64,000 nt of DNA from Candidatus Sediminicultor quartus (GCA_011056645.1 DSEL01000185.1:2595-66594); one strand, 5' to 3'; positions 9,595 through 19,884 are shown, numbered from the stretch's first letter. The notes: generated by a model from the sequence alone, not told the origin. Translations and numbers: made by a program.

Positions 9595-11076
9595 TTAACT
9601 GGCACTTTTTAACAGTTGCTCCTGTGTTGTCTTTCCTCTTTGATATTCTGCAGTAACAGTTCCTCTTCGCATTGCGAAAATACGGTCAGCCATAGCCAAA
9701 ATTTCTGGTAACTCAGAAGATATCATAAGGATTCCTACTCCTTCCTTAGTCAACTGATTAAAAAGCTGAAAAATCTCGGCTTTTGTTCCTACATCAATAC
9801 CCCGTGTAGGTTCATCAAAAATCAAAATTTTCGATCCACTACACAACCATTTGGATAAGGCAACTTTCTGCTGATTACCACCACTAAGATAAGTAAGCTT
9901 CCGAGTCAGGTCAGAAGGATGGATACGCAGTTCATTAACGTATTTTTCTCCTATTTGCTGCTCTTTTCGGTGCTTGAGCAGACCTAACTGTGAGATTCTT
10001 TTTAGACTGGCTAAGGTTATGTTTGACACTACGGACATTGGGTGTATGAGGCCATCTTTTCTATCTCTGGTGAGATAACCCAATCCTAACCCGATTGCCT
10101 CTTCAGGAGAAGATATGGTTACTTTTCTACCATTAATATAGACTTTACCACCATCAATCTTTTCCAATCCAAATAATGCACGGACCAGGGTAGTACACCC
10201 AGCTCCTAACAAACCAAAAATGCCTACTATTTCCCCTTCATGTAAGGTGAAGTCTACATGATTGATGGTCCCTTTTATCTCCAGTCCTTGCACCTTCAAA
10301 ATAGGCTTACCAGGATTCGTTTCCTCTTTGGGAAACTGTTCTTTAAGCTCTCTCCCCACCATCATTTGAATAATAGTATCCTCGTCAGCTTCATTCACGG
10401 GTAATGTAGCAATCTTCTTTCCATCTCTCAAAACAGTTACTCGTTGGCCTACTAAGGGAACCTCGGACAAGTGATGGGAGATATAAATAATAGAGATCCC
10501 TCGTTCATGCAATTCATTTACGAGGTTAAAAAGTTGTTGCCGCTCCTCTTCTGATAGTGCTGATGTAGGTTCGTCAAAGAGTAGAATTTGTTCATTTAAA
10601 GATAAAACTTTAGCGATTTCTATGAGCTGCTGCTCAGCCAGACCAAGATGCCTTACAGGCACAGTAGAGTCAATATTTAAGTTTAGTCTCTTCAGAATTT
10701 GTTGAGCCTTTTTATATATTCCTGGCCAATCAACAAAGAAAAACCTACTTCTGGGTAATCTACCTAAAAAGATATTCTCAGCTACACTCAGGCTGGGAAC
10801 GAGACTCAACTCTTGATATACCATACCGATTCCCAATGTACGAGCATGATAAGGACTGGTTATTTCGATTTGTTTACCTCGGAGGCTGATACGGCCACTA
10901 TCTTTGGGCAAAGAACCGCTAAGGATCTTCACTAAGGTAGATTTACCAGCACCATTTTCACCCAAGAGAACATGGGTTTCTCCTTTATAAAGGTCAAAAT
11001 CAACATGATCCAGAGCATGAACACCCGGGAAACTTTTATCAATAGCTTCTAATTGTAATAAAGGCTCTTTTGGCAT
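9595..11076 (-). CDS. sugar ABC transporter ATP-binding protein (two NBDs, RbsA/MglA-type)
   Basis: Two Walker A motifs (GENGAGKST, GLLGAGCTT), LSGG signatures, Walker B. Start set to ATG 11076 (MPKEPLLQLEAID...) with GGAGAAGGAG upstream. Confidence 0.85.
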   Translation of the reverse strand: MPKEPLLQLEAIDKSFPGVHALDHVDFDLYKGETHVLLGENGAGKSTLVKILSGSLPKDSGRISLRGKQIEITSPYHARTLGIGMVYQELSLVPSLSVAENIFLGRLPRSRFFFVDWPGIYKKAQQILKRLNLNIDSTVPVRHLGLAEQQLIEIAKVLSLNEQILLFDEPTSALSEEERQQLFNLVNELHERGISIIYISHHLSEVPLVGQRVTVLRDGKKIATLPVNEADEDTIIQMMVGRELKEQFPKEETNPGKPILKVQGLEIKGTINHVDFTLHEGEIVGIFGLLGAGCTTLVRALFGLEKIDGGKVYINGRKVTISSPEEAIGLGLGYLTRDRKDGLIHPMSVVSNITLASLKRISQLGLLKHRKEQQIGEKYVNELRIHPSDLTRKLTYLSGGNQQKVALSKWLCSGSKILIFDEPTRGIDVGTKAEIFQLFNQLTKEGVGILMISSELPEILAMADRIFAMRRGTVTAEYQRGKTTQEQLLKSAS

Positions 11077-11316
11077 TCTTCTCCTTCTCCTTTTAGAAAA
11101 ATAAGTATACTGCTCTATTATAGGCACACAAGATAAACGAGTTACTATCCATTTTTATGGAACTTGACAATGTTCTATGTTGAAAAGCTACCCGTTCACT
11201 TATTCTGTACAGTAACTTTATCGAAAAATTTAAAAATCTCATATTGATAAGAGATATAATGCTAAATGTACAAAAAAGCAGATTATAGAAATCAACTTAT
11301 TTTAAGTTTGTTATAA

Positions 11317-11359
11317 AGAGGTAGAAGGGGCTTTTTATAGAGGGACCCCTTCTACCTCT
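11317..11359 (-). terminator. GC-rich 14-bp perfect-stem hairpin immediately 3' of the SBP gene (intercistronic terminator or stabiliser)
   Basis: AGAGGTAGAAGGGG (11317-11330), 15-nt loop, CCCCTTCTACCTCT (11346-11359). On the minus-strand transcript it is followed by UUUAUAAC. A 14-bp GC-rich stem is conspicuous in this AT-rich DNA. Confidence 0.6.
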
Positions 11360-11363
11360 TAGC

Positions 11364-12497
11364 TTATTTCGCCAGATATTCAGCCTTGATTGCATCCCAG
11401 TCTATAGGCTCAAGCTTTGGTTCAGGATAGAACTCATCCGCATTTTCCTTATACATTGTCCTGGGCCTGATGTCGAAAATCGGAGGGACATCTAGTCCTA
11501 GAGCTGCCCTAACCGCATATTCGACTCCATACCAACCCCAGTCCGCAAATCCATGAGTTGTTTCTGCTACCATTCTTCCTTCACGCACTCTCTCCGCTGA
11601 CTCCGGTGTAACATCATTGGTGAATATTTTTACCTCATCTTGCCTGCCAGCAGCCTCAGCAGCTAGCATTGCACCCATACCCATCTCATTAGATGCGGCC
11701 CACATAAAATCAAGCGTTCCTTTGGGATGGGCTGTGAGAAAGTCTTCCGCTGCCTTGATACCTTTTTCTCTGTTCCAATCTGCTGCCAAGGTGCCCACTA
11801 TTTTGATACCTGGATACTCATCAATCACTTTGTGAAAACCGACCAATCGAGCTGTAGAGAAGAAACCACCGGCAATCCCCTCGATAATGGTTCCGGTTGC
11901 TTTTATAGCTGCTTTTTCTTCTGGGGTGACAGTAGCATATAGGTTTTGCCACCATTTTAGGTCAAGGTACTCTCCTGGCTCAACCGCAACTTTTCTTCCT
12001 GTACCTAATACACCCGGTCCACCAAAGTAATCCAGCACAGAATAGGCAGAGATTTCAGCTGCCATACCATTATCGAAGCCGATATAAGAAGCTACCTCAA
12101 CTCCGGCAATAGGCTCTAACAAGTTTACAATGATCACCGGGATACCTGCTTCGGTAGCTTTACGAATAGCCGGAATAATCACTTCAACTTCTATCGGCGA
12201 GATGGCAATCACATCTACTTTCATCTGAATAAAGTCTTCGATAATTGCCACCTGATCCCCAAAAGCGATATGTGAGGCCGGAGCCCGATAGAGGAGAGTA
12301 ACTGGAATTCCATTAAGACTGGCATCGTAAGCACCTACCTCGAAGTAATGTGTTGCAGTTCTAAAGACCCCGGTGATATCAGGTGGTGTCCATCCTATAA
12401 CTATTTCCTTGGGTAATTCTTTTGCAAATATACCAAATGAACTTAAAGTTACTAACAAAGCGACAACAAGAATTATTAATAAACCTTTCTTTAACAC
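11364..12497 (-). CDS. periplasmic sugar-binding protein (type I PBP)
   Basis: Signal peptide MLKKGLLIILVVALLVTLSSFGIFA; PBP fold sequence; GTG start with AAAGGGAGGT SD. Confidence 0.8.
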   Translation of the reverse strand: MLKKGLLIILVVALLVTLSSFGIFAKELPKEIVIGWTPPDITGVFRTATHYFEVGAYDASLNGIPVTLLYRAPASHIAFGDQVAIIEDFIQMKVDVIAISPIEVEVIIPAIRKATEAGIPVIIVNLLEPIAGVEVASYIGFDNGMAAEISAYSVLDYFGGPGVLGTGRKVAVEPGEYLDLKWWQNLYATVTPEEKAAIKATGTIIEGIAGGFFSTARLVGFHKVIDEYPGIKIVGTLAADWNREKGIKAAEDFLTAHPKGTLDFMWAASNEMGMGAMLAAEAAGRQDEVKIFTNDVTPESAERVREGRMVAETTHGFADWGWYGVEYAVRAALGLDVPPIFDIRPRTMYKENADEFYPEPKLEPIDWDAIKAEYLAK

Positions 12498-12739
12498 CTT
12501 TCAATACCTCCCTTTAATTTACTAAAATTTATTTAATTATCCGTAAATAAACTAAATATATTTTAGTTTATAATCACCCCCTTCTTTTCAAATCTATAAT
12601 TTATATAGTTATTTATAACCACCTCCTTCTTTTTTATATTTAAGGTATGATTATAATTATGAGCAGTTTCCCTATATTCTCTTTCTGATATATATTATTT
12701 TCCTTCCATTTTATTTATTTTCTAAATTATAATATTTAT

Positions 12740-13300
12740 TTAATAATTAGGATTATCTATTACTTTAATTTGCCCACCTTTCTCAAGAATTAATTTACTA
12801 AATCCTTTACTTTCAATAATGCCATAATTATGTCCGGCTTCACCAGGATAAACCGCAAAAAAGATTAATGGTATATTCCCAGTATTTATCGTCCTATGGG
12901 CCCAATAGGGAGGAATATAGGATATGCTTCCTGATTGCATATCCAGGATCTTAACTTCTGTATCTTTCTTCTGCATTAATAATTTACCTGTTCCCTGTAA
13001 TACTAAATATATTTCCGCAGTATCTTCCTGTTCATGAAAATGTCCTTTGGTCATATGGTATTCGTCACCTACTCGTCCAGGATAAATAATGCTGGTGCAG
13101 TGCTGTAAATGCCCATGTTTCTCGGGAACATCGATATTGTAGACTCTATATATTAAAGGATCACCATCATTGATAATCTTTCTAGTAGCTTCTAAATCAT
13201 GATACATTCCTTCCATATCGCTCAAATGGCGAACTAATATAGCGCAATTTCCAAGAATCTCACCCGTATTAAAATTTAAATAATTATTAAAAGGTTCCAT
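12740..13300 (-). CDS. pgiA: cupin-type (archaeal-type) glucose-6-phosphate isomerase
   Basis: 186 aa. Closely matches Pyrococcus-type cupin PGI as recalled: RHLSDMEG, TKGHFHEQED...E metal site, YIPPYWAHRTINTG, YPGEAGHNYG, SKGFSKLILEKGGQIKVIDNPNY. Confidence 0.8.
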   Translation of the reverse strand: MEPFNNYLNFNTGEILGNCAILVRHLSDMEGMYHDLEATRKIINDGDPLIYRVYNIDVPEKHGHLQHCTSIIYPGRVGDEYHMTKGHFHEQEDTAEIYLVLQGTGKLLMQKKDTEVKILDMQSGSISYIPPYWAHRTINTGNIPLIFFAVYPGEAGHNYGIIESKGFSKLILEKGGQIKVIDNPNY

Positions 13301-13343
13301 TAAACCTATGCCTCTCCTTCCTTCTCAATTTCATTATGAGAAG

Positions 13344-14918
13344 CTATTTAACCTTCCCCGGTCCAGACCAAGAAGGTTCTTTTAATTGTGCAAGTCTTTG
13401 AAAAGTATTAGTAAGATTATCAATTAAACCAATATAGATTTCAGCATATTTTTTATAGTGTTCCTGATATTCGGCTCGGGGTTCTATTCGATCTTTGACC
13501 CGAACAAATTTTTGTGAAGTTTTAGCCAAGTCATCAAATAGCCCCACAGCATAGCCACCAATAATTGCACTACCCAGAATAGCTGGTTCTTGCTGGGTAA
13601 CTATGGCATAGGAAATATTAAGAGTATCTGCCTTTATTTGATTCCACAACTGACTCTTCGATCCCCCACCTAAAACCCTAACCTCCTTAAATTCAATATC
13701 GGGATAGAGATTTTTCATAATCTTCAAATAGTAGTAGTATTCATAAGCTATACCTTCAAGAATGGATCGGTAAAAATGATTTTTACTCTGCCCCCAGCTG
13801 AAGCCAACCCAACTCCCTCTCAAATTGGGTTGGGCTGGTAAGACTCTTCCTCCGAGATGAGGAATAAAGAGCAGCTTATCACTGCCAGGCGGAATTTCAG
13901 AGGCCAGCTTATCAAGAAATTTATAGGAATCTTGCCCTTTTGCTTCAACTTCTTCTGTTTCCTGATGGGCTATTTCATCTCTAAACCATCGCAGACAAAG
14001 CCCTCCACCATTTATAAAAGCAATGGGATTCCACAGATTTTGAATAACTGAGCGTGAACACATAACAGTACCATATTTTAAATCAGGGGAAAATTCATTG
14101 GTACAGCTGGCTAAAACCGATGCTGTACCAGCCACATCGAAAATAATCCCCGGTTTAACTATTCCTGCTCCTAAATAACTGGTAGTGGTATCCCCGGCTC
14201 CAGCTACGATAGGAATACCATCCACCAAACTACAATGATTAGCCGTTTCTTTACTTAAATGCCCGATGATATCCCAGGGTTTGACTATTCGTGGTAATTT
14301 TTCCTTGGGAATACTAAAGATATCACATAATTCATTATCCCAAATCATTTCTTGAATATTGGCTACACCAGAATAATGGAGATAAGTATAATCTATAAAA
14401 GCATCAAAAGAACTCAAGCCTGCCATCTTACCAGCAACATAACATCCCGGGACAATAAACTTGGCAATCTTTTTGAAAACTTCCGGACGCTCCTCTTTCC
14501 ACCATAATATTTTTGGGCCATGGGCATAGGTAGGTGGACAACCGGTCTTCTTCAGTACTTCCTTTCCTGCCCTTCTCTGCATCAACTGAATATAAGGTTC
14601 GCAACGAGTATCCAACCAGGAATCATAACGAGCCGCCGGATGCCAATCCTTATCAACCATGCCAATTCCTGACATCTGGCCATCTATTGTTATGGCAGCC
14701 ACTTTTTCTGGTTTTATATCTGCTTTTTCCATTATCCGACGGATAGTTTTTACTGCTGAGCTGTAAAAATCCTCAAGTTCCTGCTCGACCCAACCAGGCT
14801 TTGGATAATAGAGTGAAGATTCTTCGTAAGCCTCAGCCAATAGAACCCCTCCTATGTCAAAAAGACCTGCTTTTGTTCCTGCAGTTCCTATATCTACACC
14901 GATTAGATAGTCTGCCAT
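13344..14918 (-). CDS. FGGY-family carbohydrate kinase (xylulokinase-like)
   Basis: N-terminal IGVDIGTAGTKAG ATPase motif; 524 aa; FGGY N- and C-domain layout. Confidence 0.8.
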   Translation of the reverse strand: MADYLIGVDIGTAGTKAGLFDIGGVLLAEAYEESSLYYPKPGWVEQELEDFYSSAVKTIRRIMEKADIKPEKVAAITIDGQMSGIGMVDKDWHPAARYDSWLDTRCEPYIQLMQRRAGKEVLKKTGCPPTYAHGPKILWWKEERPEVFKKIAKFIVPGCYVAGKMAGLSSFDAFIDYTYLHYSGVANIQEMIWDNELCDIFSIPKEKLPRIVKPWDIIGHLSKETANHCSLVDGIPIVAGAGDTTTSYLGAGIVKPGIIFDVAGTASVLASCTNEFSPDLKYGTVMCSRSVIQNLWNPIAFINGGGLCLRWFRDEIAHQETEEVEAKGQDSYKFLDKLASEIPPGSDKLLFIPHLGGRVLPAQPNLRGSWVGFSWGQSKNHFYRSILEGIAYEYYYYLKIMKNLYPDIEFKEVRVLGGGSKSQLWNQIKADTLNISYAIVTQQEPAILGSAIIGGYAVGLFDDLAKTSQKFVRVKDRIEPRAEYQEHYKKYAEIYIGLIDNLTNTFQRLAQLKEPSWSGPGKVK

Positions 14919-14952
14919 TTAGTCAACCTCCTTAAAAAATTGATTCTCTTTG

Positions 14953-15705
14953 CTATTTTGCGGTATAACCGCCATCAATAGAAAGGACAGATCCAGTGGC
15001 GTATCCTAAATGATCAGAAGCCATGGCTAAAATTGCTGCGGCTATTTCTTCTGGTCTTCCTAATCTATTTAAGGGGCGGCATTCTTCAAGTTTACGTCTT
15101 TCATTTTCTGGATTTTTAGATCTCTTCAAAGCATTTTTAACTAACGGAGTCTCTGTTGTTCCCGGACATACTGCATTAACCCGTACCCCTTTCTGGGCAA
15201 AGTCTACAGCCATACTTTTAGTCAGAGAAATAACTCCCGCTTTGGAAACATTATAAGCTACCTGATCGGCAATGCCAACAAGACCGGCTTCGGAAGCAAC
15301 ATTAACCACTACACCGCTACCTCTCTCAAGCATAACTGGTATGACATAATGAGAACAAAGATACATCCCCTTTAGATTTACGGCCATCACTTTATCCCAT
15401 TCTTCTTCAGTCGTTTCAATTACATCACCTTGATAATAGATTCCAGCATTATTAACTAAAATATCTACCCTGCCAAATCTATTCATAACGTCTTTAACCA
15501 TATTATTCACACTTTTTCTGTCGGCTACGTTTAGTTCAATAAAAAAGGCGTCCCCACCAATGAAAGAACTAGTCTGTTTACCTTTTTCGACATCAATATC
15601 AGCTACAACGACTTTGGCACCTTTTTCCGCAAAAGCTATAACTGTGGCCTTGCCAATTCCCACGGCAGCCCCCGTAACTATAACAACTTTATCTTCAAAA
15701 CTCAT
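14953..15705 (-). CDS. SDR family oxidoreductase
   Basis: VVIVTGAAVGIGKA, NNAG, and YNVSK catalytic motif. Confidence 0.85.
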   Translation of the reverse strand: MSFEDKVVIVTGAAVGIGKATVIAFAEKGAKVVVADIDVEKGKQTSSFIGGDAFFIELNVADRKSVNNMVKDVMNRFGRVDILVNNAGIYYQGDVIETTEEEWDKVMAVNLKGMYLCSHYVIPVMLERGSGVVVNVASEAGLVGIADQVAYNVSKAGVISLTKSMAVDFAQKGVRVNAVCPGTTETPLVKNALKRSKNPENERRKLEECRPLNRLGRPEEIAAAILAMASDHLGYATGSVLSIDGGYTAK

Positions 15706-15785
15706 GATCTATCTCCTCCAATATAAATCTTTGAAGATCAATATAAAAATAACGCTTATTGTACAATTTATATACTTATAAAGCT

Positions 15786-16631
15786 TCAGGTAATACCTTC
15801 GAAATATTTCAAGCCCATGATACTTTCTGCAGCATATTGATCGAAAATATTTTCTGAAAATCCTCCTTCAAGAGCAAGGTATGGGTCAGAAATCGGTGGT
15901 AATGGTTCTAAAGTTAAAGCATATTGATAATTTATTTTCTTCAATGCCTTAATAAGGGCTTTAAAGTTTATATGTCCTCTTCCTACTGAACAACGATTAC
16001 TGTCTGCTATATGAATGTTAATCAGGTTATTACCGGCTATTCTAATTGCTTCTGGTATATCTCGTTCCTCTATATTCATATGAAAAGTATCAGCCATAAT
16101 TTTTACATGAGTTGAATTTACCTCGCTGGTAAAATATAAAGCATCCCGGATATTATTGACCAAATAAGTTTCATACCTATTTATCGGCTCTACTGCCAGC
16201 AAAATATCTTTTTTCTTAGCATATTTCGCTACTTCCCGAACTGCCTTCACGGAATTTTTCCAGTCTTCTTTTTTGCTTAGAGATGGACTTAATTTAGATA
16301 CAGCAGCGGGGACAATAATAACAAGCTTTGCACCTATTAACTGGGCATAATCTATACACTTGAACAAATATTTAATCGTCTGATCCCTGATTTTAATATC
16401 TGATGAAGCCAGATCTCTTTTTATTTCTTCTTTCCATAAATACATTCCAGCAATAGAAGAAACTTTAAGTCCATACTTCTGTAACATTTTTTTGACCTTT
16501 TTAGGTTCATATTTCGCCTTATCGGGTTCTCCTTCAAGTTCAACCGCATCATATTTGTATTTTGCTAACCTTTGAAGGCTCTTTTCCAAGTCTTCCGTTG
16601 CATATATCCAGTTGCTGATAGAATATTGCAT
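15786..16631 (-). CDS. sugar phosphate isomerase/epimerase (xylose-isomerase-like TIM barrel)
   Basis: 281 aa; AP-endonuclease-2/xylose-isomerase-like TIM-barrel composition with conserved metal-binding Glu/Asp/His positions. Confidence 0.7.
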   Translation of the reverse strand: MQYSISNWIYATEDLEKSLQRLAKYKYDAVELEGEPDKAKYEPKKVKKMLQKYGLKVSSIAGMYLWKEEIKRDLASSDIKIRDQTIKYLFKCIDYAQLIGAKLVIIVPAAVSKLSPSLSKKEDWKNSVKAVREVAKYAKKKDILLAVEPINRYETYLVNNIRDALYFTSEVNSTHVKIMADTFHMNIEERDIPEAIRIAGNNLINIHIADSNRCSVGRGHINFKALIKALKKINYQYALTLEPLPPISDPYLALEGGFSENIFDQYAAESIMGLKYFEGIT

Positions 16632-16667
16632 ATTTCTACCTCTTAAATTTTATATTGATAAAAATAA

Positions 16668-17681
16668 TTATAATTTAACTGGTTTACCGGTCTTAATCGA
16701 TTTATTTGCAGCAATAACTATTTCAATCGCTTTTTCCCCATCTTTAATACCAACTTTTGGATCTTCATTATTTAATATACAGTTAACAAAATGCTTATCT
16801 TCTTCTAAGTATGCATCCTTGAATAAAATCCTCCAGCTTTTATTGCCTTCTTTAATTAGTTGACTCTTATTATTCCATACTAAAACTGAATAGGCCTGTT
16901 GGGAACCTATTTGTAGCATTCCCTCTGTTCCTAAAATTTCCATCCTCGCATCATAACCATAGGTAGCAGGACAACATCCATCAATCATGCCCAAAACTCC
17001 GTTTTTAAATCTTAAATTAACTGCAGCAGTATCATAGAAATCAGGATATTTTTCCTTATATTGGGGGCATTTAAAATTATCAGCCATAGCAAATACTTGT
17101 TCATATTCACTGCCAACTAACCACCTCATAGAATCAAAATCATGGCTGTTAACCTCTGCTAAAAGCCCATTGCTTCTTTTTACATCACAGTACCACTTTG
17201 GTGGTAAACCGGGTCCTCGTCCTACAGATTTTACAAGAATGGGAGTCCCTATTTCTCCTTGTTCGATAATTTTTTTAGCTTTTAAGAAATTTTGATCAAA
17301 CCTCCTCATAAACCCAATTTGAAACTTCACCTGATTTTTTTTTATTGTTTTTTCCATTTGATCTGCTTCTTCCAAAGTAGAAGAAAGCGGTTTTTCACAG
17401 AAAATATGCTTTCCGGCATCAGCTGCTCGAATAACCGTTTCAGCATGAATGAAGGTCGGCGCTGCAATACAAACTGCATCAAATTTTTCACATCTTAACG
17501 CTTCTTCAAAGTCGATAAAAAAATTATTGGCACTTAGCTCTATGGCAGCTTCCTCAGCAATCTTTTTATTAGTATCCACAACTGCAACAATTTTTGTATC
17601 AGTTATTCCAAATTCATAGTTTCTTGCATGAACCATTCCTGCTCTACCGGCTCCAATTAAACAAAACTTTATTTTTTCCAT
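16668..17681 (-). CDS. Gfo/Idh/MocA family NAD(P)-dependent oxidoreductase (inositol 2-dehydrogenase-like)
   Basis: KFCLIGAGRAGMVHA Rossmann N-terminus, EKPL motif, 337 aa. Confidence 0.85.
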   Translation of the reverse strand: MEKIKFCLIGAGRAGMVHARNYEFGITDTKIVAVVDTNKKIAEEAAIELSANNFFIDFEEALRCEKFDAVCIAAPTFIHAETVIRAADAGKHIFCEKPLSSTLEEADQMEKTIKKNQVKFQIGFMRRFDQNFLKAKKIIEQGEIGTPILVKSVGRGPGLPPKWYCDVKRSNGLLAEVNSHDFDSMRWLVGSEYEQVFAMADNFKCPQYKEKYPDFYDTAAVNLRFKNGVLGMIDGCCPATYGYDARMEILGTEGMLQIGSQQAYSVLVWNNKSQLIKEGNKSWRILFKDAYLEEDKHFVNCILNNEDPKVGIKDGEKAIEIVIAANKSIKTGKPVKL

Positions 17682-17697
17682 TGAAACACATCCTTAA

Positions 17698-18453
17698 TTA
17701 TATTTCGTTATAAAGTTCAACCCTTACTTTCCCTTTATCTCCCCTAAAACGCGATTCAAAATAATCCATTGCTATATTATCCTTTGTATAAGTAATATTT
17801 TGCATTAAGTGCATCGGGGCTCCTAATTTAATTTTTAAAATTTGAGAATCATATTCTTCGGCGACAATCGGTTCCAGGGTAATTTTTGCCCTATATGGTT
17901 TTAATTCATACTTATTAATAAGTGTACGATAGAGTGACTTATTCTCTAAATCTTCATTTATTAAGCTCGGACATAATTTATAAGGAATAAAATTCATTAC
18001 GCTAACGACTGGTTCATTCTCAACAAATCTTATCCTGTTAAGAAAAATAATCTTTTCACCTTTCAGGATGTTTAACTTATTAGCTGTTGTTCCTCTCGCA
18101 ATCTTTACTTCCTGTTTAATGACCTTTGTTTTTGGTATATACCCTTTTTCTACCATATCATCGTAGAATGTAGTTAATCTTTGGATAAACCCATAATCTA
18201 TCTTAGGTTTTGCTATAAAAGTTCCTTTCCCCTTTTCGCGATAAAGTAAGCCTTCATTGATCAATCCTCTTAATGCTTGCCTAATGGTCGGCCTGCTAAT
18301 TTGATATTTTTCGGATAATTCTTTTTCTGAGGACAGTAAATCACCTGGCTGTAATTCTCCAGTTTCGATCCTCTCTTTTAATATCTCTTCTAATTGGAAA
18401 TATAATGGTATGGGTGAATTTTTATCTAATGTGTCTACATTTATTTTTATCAT
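17698..18453 (-). CDS. GntR/HutC-family transcriptional regulator (wHTH plus UTRA effector domain)
   Basis: HTH region SEKELSEKYQISRPTIRQALRGLINEGLL followed by a UTRA-like C-terminal domain; 251 aa. First gene of the 12.7-18.4 kb operon. Confidence 0.85.
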   Translation of the reverse strand: MIKINVDTLDKNSPIPLYFQLEEILKERIETGELQPGDLLSSEKELSEKYQISRPTIRQALRGLINEGLLYREKGKGTFIAKPKIDYGFIQRLTTFYDDMVEKGYIPKTKVIKQEVKIARGTTANKLNILKGEKIIFLNRIRFVENEPVVSVMNFIPYKLCPSLINEDLENKSLYRTLINKYELKPYRAKITLEPIVAEEYDSQILKIKLGAPMHLMQNITYTKDNIAMDYFESRFRGDKGKVRVELYNEI

Positions 18454-18633
18454 TCTAAGAGCCTCCGTCTTAATTATTTTTTAGTATACCCCCTCTTACA
18501 TTTTCAAAAAAAACTTAAACTATTTTTAGTTAAGTAATGCAGTTTCAGAATTTAAAATCCTACCTATTAAATCTCTAATTGCTTTCTTATTTTTAATATT
18601 ATTAAATCTTAATATCTCTACATGACATACTCA

Positions 18634-18651
18634 TGTAAACATGTCTTTACA
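18634..18651. promoter_or_regulatory. candidate operator: TGTAAA-N6-TTTACA inverted repeat (with overlapping ACAT-N4-ATGT) in the divergent GntR/SDR intergenic region
   Basis: TGTAAACATGTCTTTACA has perfect 6-bp arms. It lies about 180 bp upstream of the GntR gene start, within the 612-bp divergent leader. Confidence 0.3.
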
Positions 18652-19065
18652 TTCTATATATCTTTATATGACATTTATTTAAAAAATCCTTCTTTTTTTG
18701 GAAATATTTTAAATTTTTTTTATAATCCTAACTCTTAAGGCTGTGATCCCGGCTTAAGAAGGTATAAAATATGATAAGGGCAGCCATTAGGAGTAGAAGC
18801 GTGAAAGCATTTTGAAAAAGATTCAGGAATCAACATATAATTCATAGAATTATTAAGCATAATTTCAAAGTTAGCTGCCTAAGTAGGGGATATCTATTTT
18901 ATCTTCTACTCTGGAAATAATAAGCAATCTTTGGTCTTTGAACTTTTCTCTAAGGTTCGGTTAAAATTTTCTACAATTTAATAGATGTATAATCTACTGA
19001 AAATATTTTTTGCTTTTTATAAATAACTATATAGTTTTATTTTATAATAATTTGGGAGGTCAATT

Positions 19066-19884
19066 ATGAATATAGAAAAAAGATTGGAAGGGAAAGTAGC
19101 CATCGTAACTGGCGCAGCATCTGGAATTGGAGAAGCTGTCTCAAAGATTTTTTCCATTAATGCCTGCAAAGTTGCCTTGATAGATATTAATAAGAAACGT
19201 TTGAAACAAGTGGAAGCCGATATTTACAAAACCAATGGTATATCCCTTACTTTTTGTGCCGATGTAACTGATGAAGATAAGGTCATTAAGTTTTTTAAGC
19301 AGACTATAGATGAATGGGGTCATTTGGATATTTTAGTCAATAGTGCCGGCCGTGATTCGCTTTCTCCACCAGTTTCTGAAGTTACATTGGAGGAATGGAA
19401 TAAAACCATTGGTCCAAACATGACCGGCGTTTTCTTATGCTGTCGTGAGGCCTTCAGGTATATGGAAAAACAAAAGTCCGGCGGTAGAATTATCAACATG
19501 GGATCTACCTCTGCCATGCTTGCATCAGGTCCTGGCCATAGCCCCTACCGGGCTTCAAAACATGGTATGATGGGTTTTAGTAAAAATATTTTGATTGAAG
19601 GTAAGGATAAGAATATCGGTGTGACCGTGATCAATCCTTCTCATGTAAAGACACCAATGACCGAAATCATTGACCAGGGTCTTTATGATGGCTCTCTGAA
19701 AGCATACCTTGATGGATGGTTAGACGAAAAGGAATACAAAGAGGGAATTTATGCAAGCTGTATTGATGTTGAAAACGTGGCTGAAATAACCCTCTATATT
19801 GCCACAAGAACTCCTGATGTGACCATCCCACATATTACAATCTATCCTACTCATAAAATTCATCGCTACGGAATGGAAGTCTAA
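19066..19884 (+). CDS. SDR family oxidoreductase (long C-terminal tail)
   Basis: VAIVTGAASGIGEAV, NSAG, and YRASK catalytic motif; GGGAGG SD 7 nt before the ATG. The only plus-strand gene in the central region. Confidence 0.8.
   Translation: MNIEKRLEGKVAIVTGAASGIGEAVSKIFSINACKVALIDINKKRLKQVEADIYKTNGISLTFCADVTDEDKVIKFFKQTIDEWGHLDILVNSAGRDSLSPPVSEVTLEEWNKTIGPNMTGVFLCCREAFRYMEKQKSGGRIINMGSTSAMLASGPGHSPYRASKHGMMGFSKNILIEGKDKNIGVTVINPSHVKTPMTEIIDQGLYDGSLKAYLDGWLDEKEYKEGIYASCIDVENVAEITLYIATRTPDVTIPHITIYPTHKIHRYGMEV

Noticed and set aside
12556-12640. Direct repeat of an SD-like motif (ATAATCACCCCCTTCTTTT / ATAACCACCTCCTTCTTTTTT) between the cupin PGI and SBP genes.
   Set aside because: No ORF follows either copy; the only possible one is 19 codons with zero spacing. 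Probably a short duplicated spacer, although it might be a pair of promoter or regulator sites.
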